A stretch of DNA of 64,000 bases, from positions 2,896-66,895 of the IMG/VR virus record IMGVR_UViG_3300021255_000094. One strand, written 5' to 3'. This document shows, in pieces, positions 8,361 to 16,861 of this stretch. Every line of letters begins with the position of its first letter. Positions within the stretch are counted from its first letter, which is position 1. The stretch comes from a virus. Taxonomy: Duplodnaviria; Caudoviricetes. Position numbers and translations under genes: made by a program. Under the pieces are notes generated by a model that had not been told where the DNA came from, searched no databases, and saw only the letters and a list, made by a program, of their open reading frames with translations.

Positions 8361-9629
8361 ATGGTAGCATTACAGATTTTATCACAAGTATTACAGACTA
8401 AAGATATATCTATCATAGAATCAAATCAACTCACAGCAGACTATTTTCCGGACTATCAAGATGAGTATGAATATATAGTTAATCATTATAAAGAATATGG
8501 TAATGTTCCTGACAAAGCTACATTCTTATCTGACTTTCAAGACTTTCAAATTATAGAGGTAAATGAAAGTGAATCTTATTTAGTTGATAAAATAAGGGAA
8601 GAATATCTATATTATAAATCAGTGCCAGTTGTTCAAAAAGTAGCAGAGCTTTTAAGAACAGACAGTAACGCCGCCGCGGAATATATGATAAATGCTATGA
8701 AAGATTTACAGCCTAACTATAAGCTAGGTGGAGTAGATATTATTCAGCAAGCTATGAATAGATATGAAGCATATATAGATAGACGAGACAATCAAGATAA
8801 CTGGTTTTTTACAACTGGCTTTCCGGAGCTTGATGATGTAATACACGGCATAAATAGAGCGGAAGAGTTGTTTGTAATCTTTGCAAGATTGAATCAAGGT
8901 AAATCTTGGGTACTTGAAAAGATATGTACTCACATATGGGAGATAGGTTTTAATGTTGGCTATATAAGTCCAGAAATGGGAGAGCTGAGTATAGGTTATA
9001 GATTTGATACACTACATAAAAACTTTAGTAATAATGGGCTTATGTGGGGAAAGAAAGATTTTGATGATAAGAGTTATGAGAAATATATAAAAGAGCTAGA
9101 GAATAAAACTAATAAATTTATGGTAGCTACACCGTTAGATTTTGATAATAAGATAACAGTAACAAAGCTAAAGCATTTCATAAAGCAATATAAACTAGAT
9201 ATATTAGCAATAGATGGTATAACATATCTTAGTGATGAAAGAGGTAAACGAAATGATAATAAAACAATTTCTCTTACCAACATAAGTGAAGATTTAAAGA
9301 CACTAGGTATGGAACTTAAAGTACCAATCTTAGTAGTAGTGCAAGCTAATAGAAGCGGAGTAGTAGATAAAGATAGTGATGATTTACCTGAGCTTGAATC
9401 AATTAGAGATAGTGATGGTATAGGTCATAATGCAACAATAGTATTAGCAGTAAAGCAAGGACCTGATGGTGTTATAACTTTGCAAGTAAAGAAGCAGAGA
9501 AATGGTAGAGTTGGTGACAAGATAAGTTATAACTGGAATCCAGACATAGGAGAGTTCATAAGTGAGAATGGCTCTATTGGCACTGATAGACCAAGAAAGA
9601 AGATAGTAGAGAAGGAGGACGTGTTCTAA
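8361..9629 (+). CDS. dnaB: DnaB-like replicative helicase
   Basis: ARLNQGKS Walker A, ILAIDGITY, VQANR, KQRNG motifs. Confidence 0.88.
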   Translation: MVALQILSQVLQTKDISIIESNQLTADYFPDYQDEYEYIVNHYKEYGNVPDKATFLSDFQDFQIIEVNESESYLVDKIREEYLYYKSVPVVQKVAELLRTDSNAAAEYMINAMKDLQPNYKLGGVDIIQQAMNRYEAYIDRRDNQDNWFFTTGFPELDDVIHGINRAEELFVIFARLNQGKSWVLEKICTHIWEIGFNVGYISPEMGELSIGYRFDTLHKNFSNNGLMWGKKDFDDKSYEKYIKELENKTNKFMVATPLDFDNKITVTKLKHFIKQYKLDILAIDGITYLSDERGKRNDNKTISLTNISEDLKTLGMELKVPILVVVQANRSGVVDKDSDDLPELESIRDSDGIGHNATIVLAVKQGPDGVITLQVKKQRNGRVGDKISYNWNPDIGEFISENGSIGTDRPRKKIVEKEDVF

Positions 9630-9802
9630 TGTATGATACTGAAACACCTAGAGAAGTAGATACTTTTGAGGATAATGATGGTTTTGTAGAAGGCTATGGT
9701 GATATTATTAGAGTTATTCACGAGTGTCCTAATTGTGGAGCTAAGTTGATAGAAGCACAAGACAGATGTCATAAGTGTGAACAGAGATTAAAATGGTTTT
9801 AA
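9629..9802 (+). CDS. Small zinc-ribbon protein (below ORF-track cutoff)
   Basis: Hand-translated MYDTETPRE...ECPNCGAKL...RCHKCEQRLKWF*; AAGGAGG RBS. Confidence 0.7.
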   Translation: MYDTETPREVDTFEDNDGFVEGYGDIIRVIHECPNCGAKLIEAQDRCHKCEQRLKWF

Positions 9803-9816
9803 AGGAGTAATGCAGA

Positions 9817-10101
9817 ATGACAAATAAAGAAGCAATAAATACATTAAACAGCCTAAAGGATTATTACAACGATAAAAATGAAGATAGTTATGTAGGATTT
9901 GACGATAATGATAATGAAGCACTTGACCTTGCTATCAAGGCACTAGAAAGACCACAAGGCAAGTGGATAGACGATAGCAAAGAGGATAGTTATTATGCAA
10001 ATTGTTCTCATTGTGACTATCAGATAGACACACATTATGAAAGAGGTTATTTAAACTATTGTCCAAATTGTGGAGCAGATATGAGAGGTGAGAGCGAATG
10101 A
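9817..10101 (+). CDS. Small zinc-ribbon protein
   Basis: CSHC...YCPNCGADM. Confidence 0.75.
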   Translation: MTNKEAINTLNSLKDYYNDKNEDSYVGFDDNDNEALDLAIKALERPQGKWIDDSKEDSYYANCSHCDYQIDTHYERGYLNYCPNCGADMRGESE

Positions 10102-10529
10102 CAAATGAAGAAGCAATAAAGAGATTAAAAGAAGCAAGAAATACAATACAACCTTTTCTATATATCGATGAGGCGATAGATTATGCAATCAAAGTCCTAG
10201 AGCAACAGCCAAGCGAGGATTATATAAGCAGAAAATCGGTAAATACATTAGTTGATGAATTAGCAAGAGCGATAAGTGATGAAAGATGTTGTATTACAAC
10301 AAGAGGAAGAGGTACCGCAACTATAATGCAAGATATTCTTGATTTACCATCCGTCACACAGACAAGACCTAAAGGAAAGTGGAAAATATTAGATGAATGT
10401 GCTAACGAGGGTGTTTATTGTTCTAAATGTCACAAGACAGTATTTAAGCTAGAGTTTAGCCACACTATGAAGTGGCGAAACTTTAAGTATTGCCCTAACT
10501 GCGGAGCAAAGATGGAGGTGGAAGAATGA
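10098..10529 (+). CDS. Small zinc-ribbon protein
   Basis: CSKC...YCPNCGAKM. Confidence 0.75.
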   Translation: MTNEEAIKRLKEARNTIQPFLYIDEAIDYAIKVLEQQPSEDYISRKSVNTLVDELARAISDERCCITTRGRGTATIMQDILDLPSVTQTRPKGKWKILDECANEGVYCSKCHKTVFKLEFSHTMKWRNFKYCPNCGAKMEVEE

Positions 10530-10837
10530 ATGAACAGTGGCAAGAGTTAAAGGAAACCATCATTGAAATGCGTGATAATGATGGCACATTAACACAGCAG
10601 GAAGTTTGTAAGTTTCTTGCTAATCTGATGGATGTACTTGAAAAACAGATAACTGAGGGGTGGATTCCTGTTAGCGAGAGGCTACCCCAGGATGAACAGA
10701 AGGTATTGGTAACCACACGAAGCGGTAACCTTATTGATGTAGATACAAGCATATTTTACCATGCAAGTGCCTTTTGGGAACACTATGTCATTGCGTGGGC
10801 GCCGTTACCAGAGCCATACAGAGAAAGTGAGGAATAA
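10526..10837 (+). CDS. DUF551-like phage protein
   Basis: WIPVSERLP...VIAWAPLPEPY signature. Confidence 0.75.
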   Translation: MNEQWQELKETIIEMRDNDGTLTQQEVCKFLANLMDVLEKQITEGWIPVSERLPQDEQKVLVTTRSGNLIDVDTSIFYHASAFWEHYVIAWAPLPEPYRESEE

Positions 10838-10840
10838 GGT

Positions 10841-11023
10841 ATGAAAAGAGAACAAAAAGATAAAATACTTAAAGCGTTAGCAGAGGATAGAAACAATTAT
10901 GCAAGAGACTGTCAAGAACGAATAGAAAGAGAATATGGCAAGATTGAGGGTGCTGATTATATGCTTCAAAGATTTCTTGATGTTCTTAGAACTGAGGTTG
11001 GATCACAGGAAACAGGAAAGTGA
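10841..11023 (+). CDS. Hypothetical protein
   Basis: ORF track; follows upstream gene closely. Confidence 0.6.
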   Translation: MKREQKDKILKALAEDRNNYARDCQERIEREYGKIEGADYMLQRFLDVLRTEVGSQETGK

Positions 11024-11035
11024 GGAGGTAGAAGA

Positions 11036-11176
11036 ATGACATCAGAAGAAATCAACAATATGAAATACAAAGTATGTTGCCCATTATGCGACAATGATAA
11101 ATGTGTTAGAGGTACGGATAAATGTGAAGCTGAGATATGGGCAAAACAGAAAAGGAGCGAGAACAATGACGATTGA
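11036..11176 (+). CDS. Small Cys-rich protein (below cutoff)
   Basis: Hand-translated MTSEEINNMKYKVCCPLCDNDKCVRGTDKCEAEIW...; GAGGAGG RBS. Confidence 0.6.
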   Translation: MTSEEINNMKYKVCCPLCDNDKCVRGTDKCEAEIWAKQKRSENNDD

Positions 11177-11387
11177 AGAAACTAAAGAAGAATATGGGTA
11201 CAATTCTGATGATTTGTGCAAGAATCTGTGTTACTTATGCACTGCTAATGATTGGTATTGTCCGAGTGATTGTGACTCACTTGCGTGGATAAGAAGAAAC
11301 TATGATAAGGCTATTGAAAGACTTGCAAAATTAGATGGCGATTATGTTGAACTGTTTAGGAGAATTAAAAGGCATAATTGGAAGTAG
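11166..11387 (+). CDS. Small Cys-rich protein
   Basis: ORF track 11094..11387; RBS before ATG 11166; CxxxCxxC-like cluster. Confidence 0.65.
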   Translation: MTIEETKEEYGYNSDDLCKNLCYLCTANDWYCPSDCDSLAWIRRNYDKAIERLAKLDGDYVELFRRIKRHNWK

Positions 11388-11400
11388 GGAGGGATAGTGA

Positions 11401-11694
11401 ATGACGATTGAAGAAGCTATTAAGCATTGTGAGGAAGAAGCTGAAAGAATAGAAAGAAACCACCCTTACATTGATGCAACAGAATACATGCAACTTGCAG
11501 AGTGGTTGAGAGAGTTGAAAGCATACAGAGAATTTGCTGATTGGTTAGCAAAAGCGGTTCTTGAAGAAGATTGGGAAGATAGTTCTGATTTTTATGCAGA
11601 AGTGTTATGCAGAAAGTTGACAAAGTTAGGGCATCTAAAAGTTGAAGATGATAAGTATGTGGAGGTAAACACTGATGATGGAGATAGTAATTAA
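11401..11694 (+). CDS. Hypothetical protein
   Basis: MTIEEAIKHCEE...QLAEWLRELKAYRE phage motif. Confidence 0.7.
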   Translation: MTIEEAIKHCEEEAERIERNHPYIDATEYMQLAEWLRELKAYREFADWLAKAVLEEDWEDSSDFYAEVLCRKLTKLGHLKVEDDKYVEVNTDDGDSN

Positions 11695-11875
11695 GATACA
11701 CGAAAAAGATTATCAATCAATAAAGAATGGACATATTCCATTTAGTGTACTTGATGCAATTATGAAAGGCACACCACTAAAAGAGTGGCTGTCATCATTC
11801 AACACAGATTCGGCAACACAATGTTATACAGCAATACAAGAGCTAAAGGAGGGTATAAATGCAGATAGTGATTGA
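11675..11875 (+). CDS. Hypothetical protein
   Basis: GGAGG RBS; paralogous start (IVIKIHE) to next gene. Confidence 0.65.
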   Translation: MMEIVIKIHEKDYQSIKNGHIPFSVLDAIMKGTPLKEWLSSFNTDSATQCYTAIQELKEGINADSD

Positions 11876-12125
11876 TATTCCCGAAGATGTATATACAAGG
11901 CTTTTTGACAATGGCATACAAGACAATGAAATAGCGGTAGACGATGTATGTGAAATGGCAAGAGCATTAAGACTTGGCAAACCAGTCACTAAAGGACACG
12001 GACGGTTGATTGATGAAACTGATTTGAAAACTTTATATGGATTGGATGATAGATTGTGGTGGGGTAATGCAGTTAAAGAGTTTACAGATTTACCAACAAT
12101 TTTAGAAGCTGATAAGGGGGAGTGA
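11859..12125 (+). CDS. Hypothetical protein
   Basis: MQIVIDIPE...GHGRLIDE...PTILEAD phage motif. Confidence 0.7.
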   Translation: MQIVIDIPEDVYTRLFDNGIQDNEIAVDDVCEMARALRLGKPVTKGHGRLIDETDLKTLYGLDDRLWWGNAVKEFTDLPTILEADKGE

Positions 12126-12129
12126 GTAA

Positions 12130-12369
12130 ATGAAATTTAATAAAAGAAAGTGCTATGATTGTATGTATCACGCAGAACATTCTTGCGGAACAACAGTTGA
12201 AGTAGATAATAGACACGTAAATGTGTTATGTAATTATGCGTGTGCAACTGGAGAAACTTGCTTAACACAAGGTGAAAATCATACTATAATAGATAGACGA
12301 GGTGATGAGTATGATAATTGCAAGTTGTTCAAGCGTGGTGTAGCTTTAACAGTAAAATCAAAAATGTAG
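12130..12369 (+). CDS. Small Cys-rich protein
   Basis: CYDCMY motif; RBS present. Confidence 0.65.
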   Translation: MKFNKRKCYDCMYHAEHSCGTTVEVDNRHVNVLCNYACATGETCLTQGENHTIIDRRGDEYDNCKLFKRGVALTVKSKM

Positions 12370-12378
12370 GAGGCATAT

Positions 12379-12522
12379 ATGAAAGTAGAAGATGGTAAGA
12401 TAGTAGAAGCCACAGAAGATGAATTATATAAGCACTGGCTAGATAATTGGGATAGCTTATATTCATTTGATGAATATTTAAGAAGAATGAAAGAAAAAGG
12501 GGTAAAGATAATTGATAGTTAA
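12379..12522 (+). CDS. Small hypothetical protein (below cutoff)
   Basis: Hand-translated MKVEDGKIVEATEDELYKHW...; AGGAGG RBS. Confidence 0.65.
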   Translation: MKVEDGKIVEATEDELYKHWLDNWDSLYSFDEYLRRMKEKGVKIIDS

Positions 12523-13504
12523 TGATATAATGATAAATGCAAGCTGTGAAGATGTAGTATATGAACTACAAAGACAGTTACAGATAAATCAGATACCATA
12601 TCTTCATAAGATACAAGACAGTGGTAGAAACTTAATGTGTACTTGTCCCTATCACGGAAATGGGCAAGAGCGCAGACCATCAGCAGGAATATTAAAAGAA
12701 GATGGAACATTTCATTGTTTTGCTTGTAACGAAGTACATACTCTACCGGAAGTAGTATCATACTGTTTTGGTAAAGACGATATGTTTGGCAAGTGGGGTA
12801 TGAAATGGATAGTAAAGAATTTTGCGACAGTAAGTATAGAGGAGAGAAAAGATGTTGAAATTGATATGGAACGTAATCACACTACCAATAAGAATAGTAT
12901 TTTGGCTAGCAGTGATAATAATAAATCTAACTATGTAAGTGAAGAAGAATTAGATAGTTATAGATATTATCACGATTATTGGACTAAAAGAGGTATCACA
13001 GCAGATTGGTTGATAGAACTATTTGATTTAGGGTATGATAAGAAAACAGATTGCATTACATTTCCAGTTAGAGATATAGATGGAAATTGTTTGTTTGTAG
13101 CACGTAGAAGTGTAAAGACAAAGTGGTTTAATTACCCTAAAGATGTTGATAAACCTTTATATGGAATATATGAATTAAGACAAAACGGTGTATATGATTT
13201 TTATGGGGCAACTGTATTTATCACAGAAAGTATGATAGATTGTTTAAGACTATGGCAAAATCATAGATTAGCAATAGCTCTTAATGGAACTGGTAGTAGT
13301 GAACAGTTTGAGCAGATAAGAAAAATGCCTATTAGAAAAATAGTGTTAGCTACTGATAGTGATATGGCAGGAATAAAAGCAAGAGCTAAAATAAGAACAT
13401 ATGTAAACAATAAGATAATAACAGAAGTAATACTACCTGATGGTAGAAAAGATATTGGAGAATGTACTGATGAAGAAATACAAAACTTGAAGGAGGTGTT
13501 CTAA
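12512..13504 (+). CDS. DNA primase (CHC2 zinc finger + TOPRIM)
   Basis: CPYH...CFAC zinc finger; ITES..D and ATDSDMAG TOPRIM motifs. Confidence 0.9.
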   Translation: MIVNDIMINASCEDVVYELQRQLQINQIPYLHKIQDSGRNLMCTCPYHGNGQERRPSAGILKEDGTFHCFACNEVHTLPEVVSYCFGKDDMFGKWGMKWIVKNFATVSIEERKDVEIDMERNHTTNKNSILASSDNNKSNYVSEEELDSYRYYHDYWTKRGITADWLIELFDLGYDKKTDCITFPVRDIDGNCLFVARRSVKTKWFNYPKDVDKPLYGIYELRQNGVYDFYGATVFITESMIDCLRLWQNHRLAIALNGTGSSEQFEQIRKMPIRKIVLATDSDMAGIKARAKIRTYVNNKIITEVILPDGRKDIGECTDEEIQNLKEVF

Positions 13505-13776
13505 TGCAATTTTTAGGTGATAACTATATAGAACATAGAGGTCGTATTGCAAAAGTAGGACCCGGAGAATATGGAGTGCAGGATGCTATTAACGAAATAA
13601 ATCGTGAGATTGAGCAAGAGCAAACTCAGTATTCATATTCAGTAAGTGAAGTTAGAAATATTGTAATTCAAGTATTGGTCGAATATGGTTTAATAGATAA
13701 ACCAAAGGTTGAAACTGACGAACAGCAAGATAATAAATGGAAAGAAATTAGAGATTATTTAGGCATTGAAGAATAG
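13504..13776 (+). CDS. Hypothetical protein
   Basis: ORF coupled to primase stop. Confidence 0.7.
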   Translation: MQFLGDNYIEHRGRIAKVGPGEYGVQDAINEINREIEQEQTQYSYSVSEVRNIVIQVLVEYGLIDKPKVETDEQQDNKWKEIRDYLGIEE

Positions 13777-13789
13777 TGAGGTATTTTAA

Positions 13790-14029
13790 ATGACAGCAGA
13801 AGAGTTAAGAAAAGAAGCTAGGAAACTAGGTTATAAGATAGTTAAAGTAAATCCACCTAGAGTAGCACAGTATCAAAGATGTAAAGATTGTAAATGGTTA
13901 GATATGAATAGTCATTGTTCAATAGGATATGAGTGTATACACCCAACGAGAGAGTTCAGAACAAAAACAGCTAAGTGGAAATACAGTCATACAAAAGCGT
14001 GTAGATTATTTGAGAGAAAAGAGGACTAG
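13790..14029 (+). CDS. Small Cys-containing protein
   Basis: CKDCKW motif. Confidence 0.65.
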   Translation: MTAEELRKEARKLGYKIVKVNPPRVAQYQRCKDCKWLDMNSHCSIGYECIHPTREFRTKTAKWKYSHTKACRLFERKED

Positions 14030-14031
14030 AA

Positions 14032-14667
14032 ATGAAATATATAATAATGTGTGGTGGACAATACAAGAAATGGGAGACACCAAGACAACTAACTAAAATA
14101 AACGAAGAGACTATAGTAGAAAGAACAATAAGACTATTGAGAGAAAATGGTGTAGATGATATAGCTATAAGCACTAATAATAAAGCATTTGAAGGAATAG
14201 CACCTATACTAGCACACACTAATAAGTATGTAGCTAATGGTTATGATAATTGTGAAGGGCATTGGAATGAAGCGTTTTACCCTACAGAAGAACCAGCTTG
14301 TTATATATTCGGTGATGTAGTATTTTCAGAAACAGCTATACAGATTATAGTAAATACATCTACTAAAGATATAGAGTTTTTTGCCAGCGCACCACCATTC
14401 TCTAAAGAATATACAAAGCCGTGGGCAGAGCCTTTTGCATTAAAAGTGCAAAATCAAAGACATTTAAGACAAGCTATATCATTATGCAATTTATATGAGC
14501 AACAAGGTTTATTTAATAGAAAGCCTATAATGTGGGAATTATGGCAAGTAATAAAGCATACACCATTAAATATTATAGATTATAATAACTACACAGTAAT
14601 AAATGATGCAACGTGTGATATAGATAACCCAGGAGATATAAAGTTAATGGAGGGTAAGTTTAAGTAA
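14032..14667 (+). CDS. Nucleotidyltransferase-like (NTP transferase/GT-A fold) protein
   Basis: N-terminal YIIMCGG...PRQL.KI...ETIVERTIRLL resembles LicC/IspD-type NTP-binding start; CDID near C-terminus. Confidence 0.65.
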   Translation: MKYIIMCGGQYKKWETPRQLTKINEETIVERTIRLLRENGVDDIAISTNNKAFEGIAPILAHTNKYVANGYDNCEGHWNEAFYPTEEPACYIFGDVVFSETAIQIIVNTSTKDIEFFASAPPFSKEYTKPWAEPFALKVQNQRHLRQAISLCNLYEQQGLFNRKPIMWELWQVIKHTPLNIIDYNNYTVINDATCDIDNPGDIKLMEGKFK

Positions 14668-15329
14668 TGAAATATATGATACATACTTGTGAAGCAAGAT
14701 TGTGGTATGTAGAAGAATATCTTATACCAAGTATGTTAAAACAAGGAATAAAAGAAGATGATATTTATAATTATATAGATACAAAGCACGAGGGCAATCT
14801 AGTGTCGTTTGTAGTGTCTTGCCACAAATCATATGAAATGTGGGGAGAACAAAATGTGTGGCATTTACAAGATGATGTATTATTAGCAAGTTATTTTAAA
14901 GAAAAGACAGAAGAGTTAGAGTCTGTAGATGGAATGATTTGTGGGTTTACTTGTGAATATGATGATAACAGAAAGTCTGGAGAAGGAACTGTAATTGATG
15001 ATATGTGGTTTAGTTTTCCTTGTATCAGAATACCAAATAAGATAGCTAAAGAGTTTGCAAACTGGTGTGACATATATGTATGGAGAGACCCACAATATGG
15101 ATTTTGGGTAAGACAAAAGAAAGGTGACGATTTAATATTCAGAATATATGTAGAGAGTTACCACCCACACGATAAGATATTAAATGTAGCGCCTAATTTA
15201 GTAGAACACATAGATTATTTGATAGGTGGTACAGTAGTAAATAAGCAACGAAATAAGCCTAATGTGCGAAGTATGTATTGGGAAGAAGATTATCTAGTAA
15301 ATGAATTAAAAGAGGAGCTGAGTAAATGA
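14667..15329 (+). CDS. Glycosyltransferase-like protein
   Basis: WHLQDDV (DxD-like), FSFPCIRIP, PNLVEHID motifs. Confidence 0.55.
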   Translation: MKYMIHTCEARLWYVEEYLIPSMLKQGIKEDDIYNYIDTKHEGNLVSFVVSCHKSYEMWGEQNVWHLQDDVLLASYFKEKTEELESVDGMICGFTCEYDDNRKSGEGTVIDDMWFSFPCIRIPNKIAKEFANWCDIYVWRDPQYGFWVRQKKGDDLIFRIYVESYHPHDKILNVAPNLVEHIDYLIGGTVVNKQRNKPNVRSMYWEEDYLVNELKEELSK

Positions 15330-15637
15330 TATTTATAGTAGGTGATTGGACAGATGATTCAACTAAAGAGCGATTCATTTTAGCAGAGGAGCAATTAAAA
15401 GCAACAGAAAAATATCATAGTATATATCACGATGCAGATATAATAAATAGTTATCTTGTATTAGAGACTATGCCATTTTTAGATTATAAAACTCAAGTAG
15501 ATTTGATGCTATTCTTATTATCAAAATGTGACATTGTATATATGCTAAAAGGTTGGGAAAGTAATAATGATGTAAGACTACTACACGATTATGCAGATAA
15601 CAACGGTTACAAAGTTATTTACTCTAAAAAATTTTAG
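15326..15637 (+). CDS. DUF4406 / nucleoside deoxyribosyltransferase-like protein
   Basis: LLSKCDIVYMLKGWESN signature. Confidence 0.6.
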   Translation: MIFIVGDWTDDSTKERFILAEEQLKATEKYHSIYHDADIINSYLVLETMPFLDYKTQVDLMLFLLSKCDIVYMLKGWESNNDVRLLHDYADNNGYKVIYSKKF

Positions 15638-15667
15638 TTGACATTCCATATTATATCGTGATATAAT
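15638..15667 (+). promoter_or_regulatory. sigmaA-type promoter
   Basis: TTGACA(15638)-18 nt-TGnTATAAT(15662). Confidence 0.8.
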
Positions 15668-15720
15668 GATTATGTTGAAACAAATCAACAACTATAAAAA
15701 CTATAAAAAGGAGAACAACT

Positions 15721-16128
15721 ATGAAGAAGAATGAATTTTACAGACACAAGTGGAACAAGTATGTAGCAAAGATAACAGATGTAAAGCGAGACAGAGTAGA
15801 GCTAAAGACTGTCAACTCTGGAGTAACAGAAACTATCAGCAAAGAAAACTTTGATTTGAATTATGTACCTTGTAAAACTATACACGAGTGGAGAAATACT
15901 ATATCAGATGCATTTTCATTTGGTGACGTATTGCTTATGGGCGATACAGTAAGAGTTAAGGTAGATGATACAATAGTAGACTTTAGCATAGATAGTAGTA
16001 ATCAATTTACAGTGTGCTTTACAGATGATGTTAAGGAAGCAATAGAAGCAGACAGTAACATAATGAGATTCTTATTAGAGGATGCAGATGAAGTAATAGA
16101 TATGTTTGCAGACCTCTTTACAGAATAA
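15721..16128 (+). CDS. Hypothetical protein
   Basis: AAGGAG RBS. Confidence 0.75.
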   Translation: MKKNEFYRHKWNKYVAKITDVKRDRVELKTVNSGVTETISKENFDLNYVPCKTIHEWRNTISDAFSFGDVLLMGDTVRVKVDDTIVDFSIDSSNQFTVCFTDDVKEAIEADSNIMRFLLEDADEVIDMFADLFTE

Positions 16129-16166
16129 AGCCATAAACTATAAAACGATTGAAAGGAGAAAAAACT

Positions 16167-16850
16167 ATGGCAAGATTTAACTTTGAAGATGCAGACAAGT
16201 ACGGAGGACAGGGTGGTTCTGGATATTTCTCACTGAAAGATGATAGAGACACCGCAGTTGTGAGATTTCTTTATAACTCACCTGATGATGTAGAGGGATA
16301 TGCAGTTCACGAAGTAGAGATTGATGGAAGAAAGAGATATGTAAACTGTCTTAGAGAATACAATCAGCCTATTGATGATTGCCCATTTTGTAGAGCTAGA
16401 AAGTATCAGACAGCAAAGCTCTTTATACCTCTGTATAATGAAGATGCAAAAAAGGTGCAAGTATGGGAAAGAGGTAAGAAGTTCTTTGGTAAACTTTCAT
16501 CAGTGCTTTCAAGATGTGATGCAGACCCTATATGTTCTCAGACATTTGAGATTGAGAGAAATGGAAAAAAGGGTGATACTCAGACTACTTACGAGATTTA
16601 TCAGACAAGAGATAAAGCAGATGATATGACACTTGAAGATTTTGATACACCACAGATTCTAGGAAGACTTATTCTTGATAAGTCAGCAGATGATATGGAG
16701 TTCTATCTTGAGAATGAATACTTCCCACCTGAGGACGAAGCACCAACAAGACGTAGTTCAAGACGTGAGGAAGATGACAGACCAGTAAGACGTGAATCAT
16801 CTAGTCGCAGAAGCAGTCGCAGAACACCATCTAATGAAGATGAATTTTAA
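16167..16850 (+). CDS. Single-stranded DNA-binding protein (gp32-like)
   Basis: YFSLKDD..A.VRF, H...C...CPFC zinc site, acidic C-terminus ending EDEF, directly upstream of polymerase. Confidence 0.75.
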   Translation: MARFNFEDADKYGGQGGSGYFSLKDDRDTAVVRFLYNSPDDVEGYAVHEVEIDGRKRYVNCLREYNQPIDDCPFCRARKYQTAKLFIPLYNEDAKKVQVWERGKKFFGKLSSVLSRCDADPICSQTFEIERNGKKGDTQTTYEIYQTRDKADDMTLEDFDTPQILGRLILDKSADDMEFYLENEYFPPEDEAPTRRSSRREEDDRPVRRESSSRRSSRRTPSNEDEF

Positions 16851-16861
16851 GGAGATTGATA

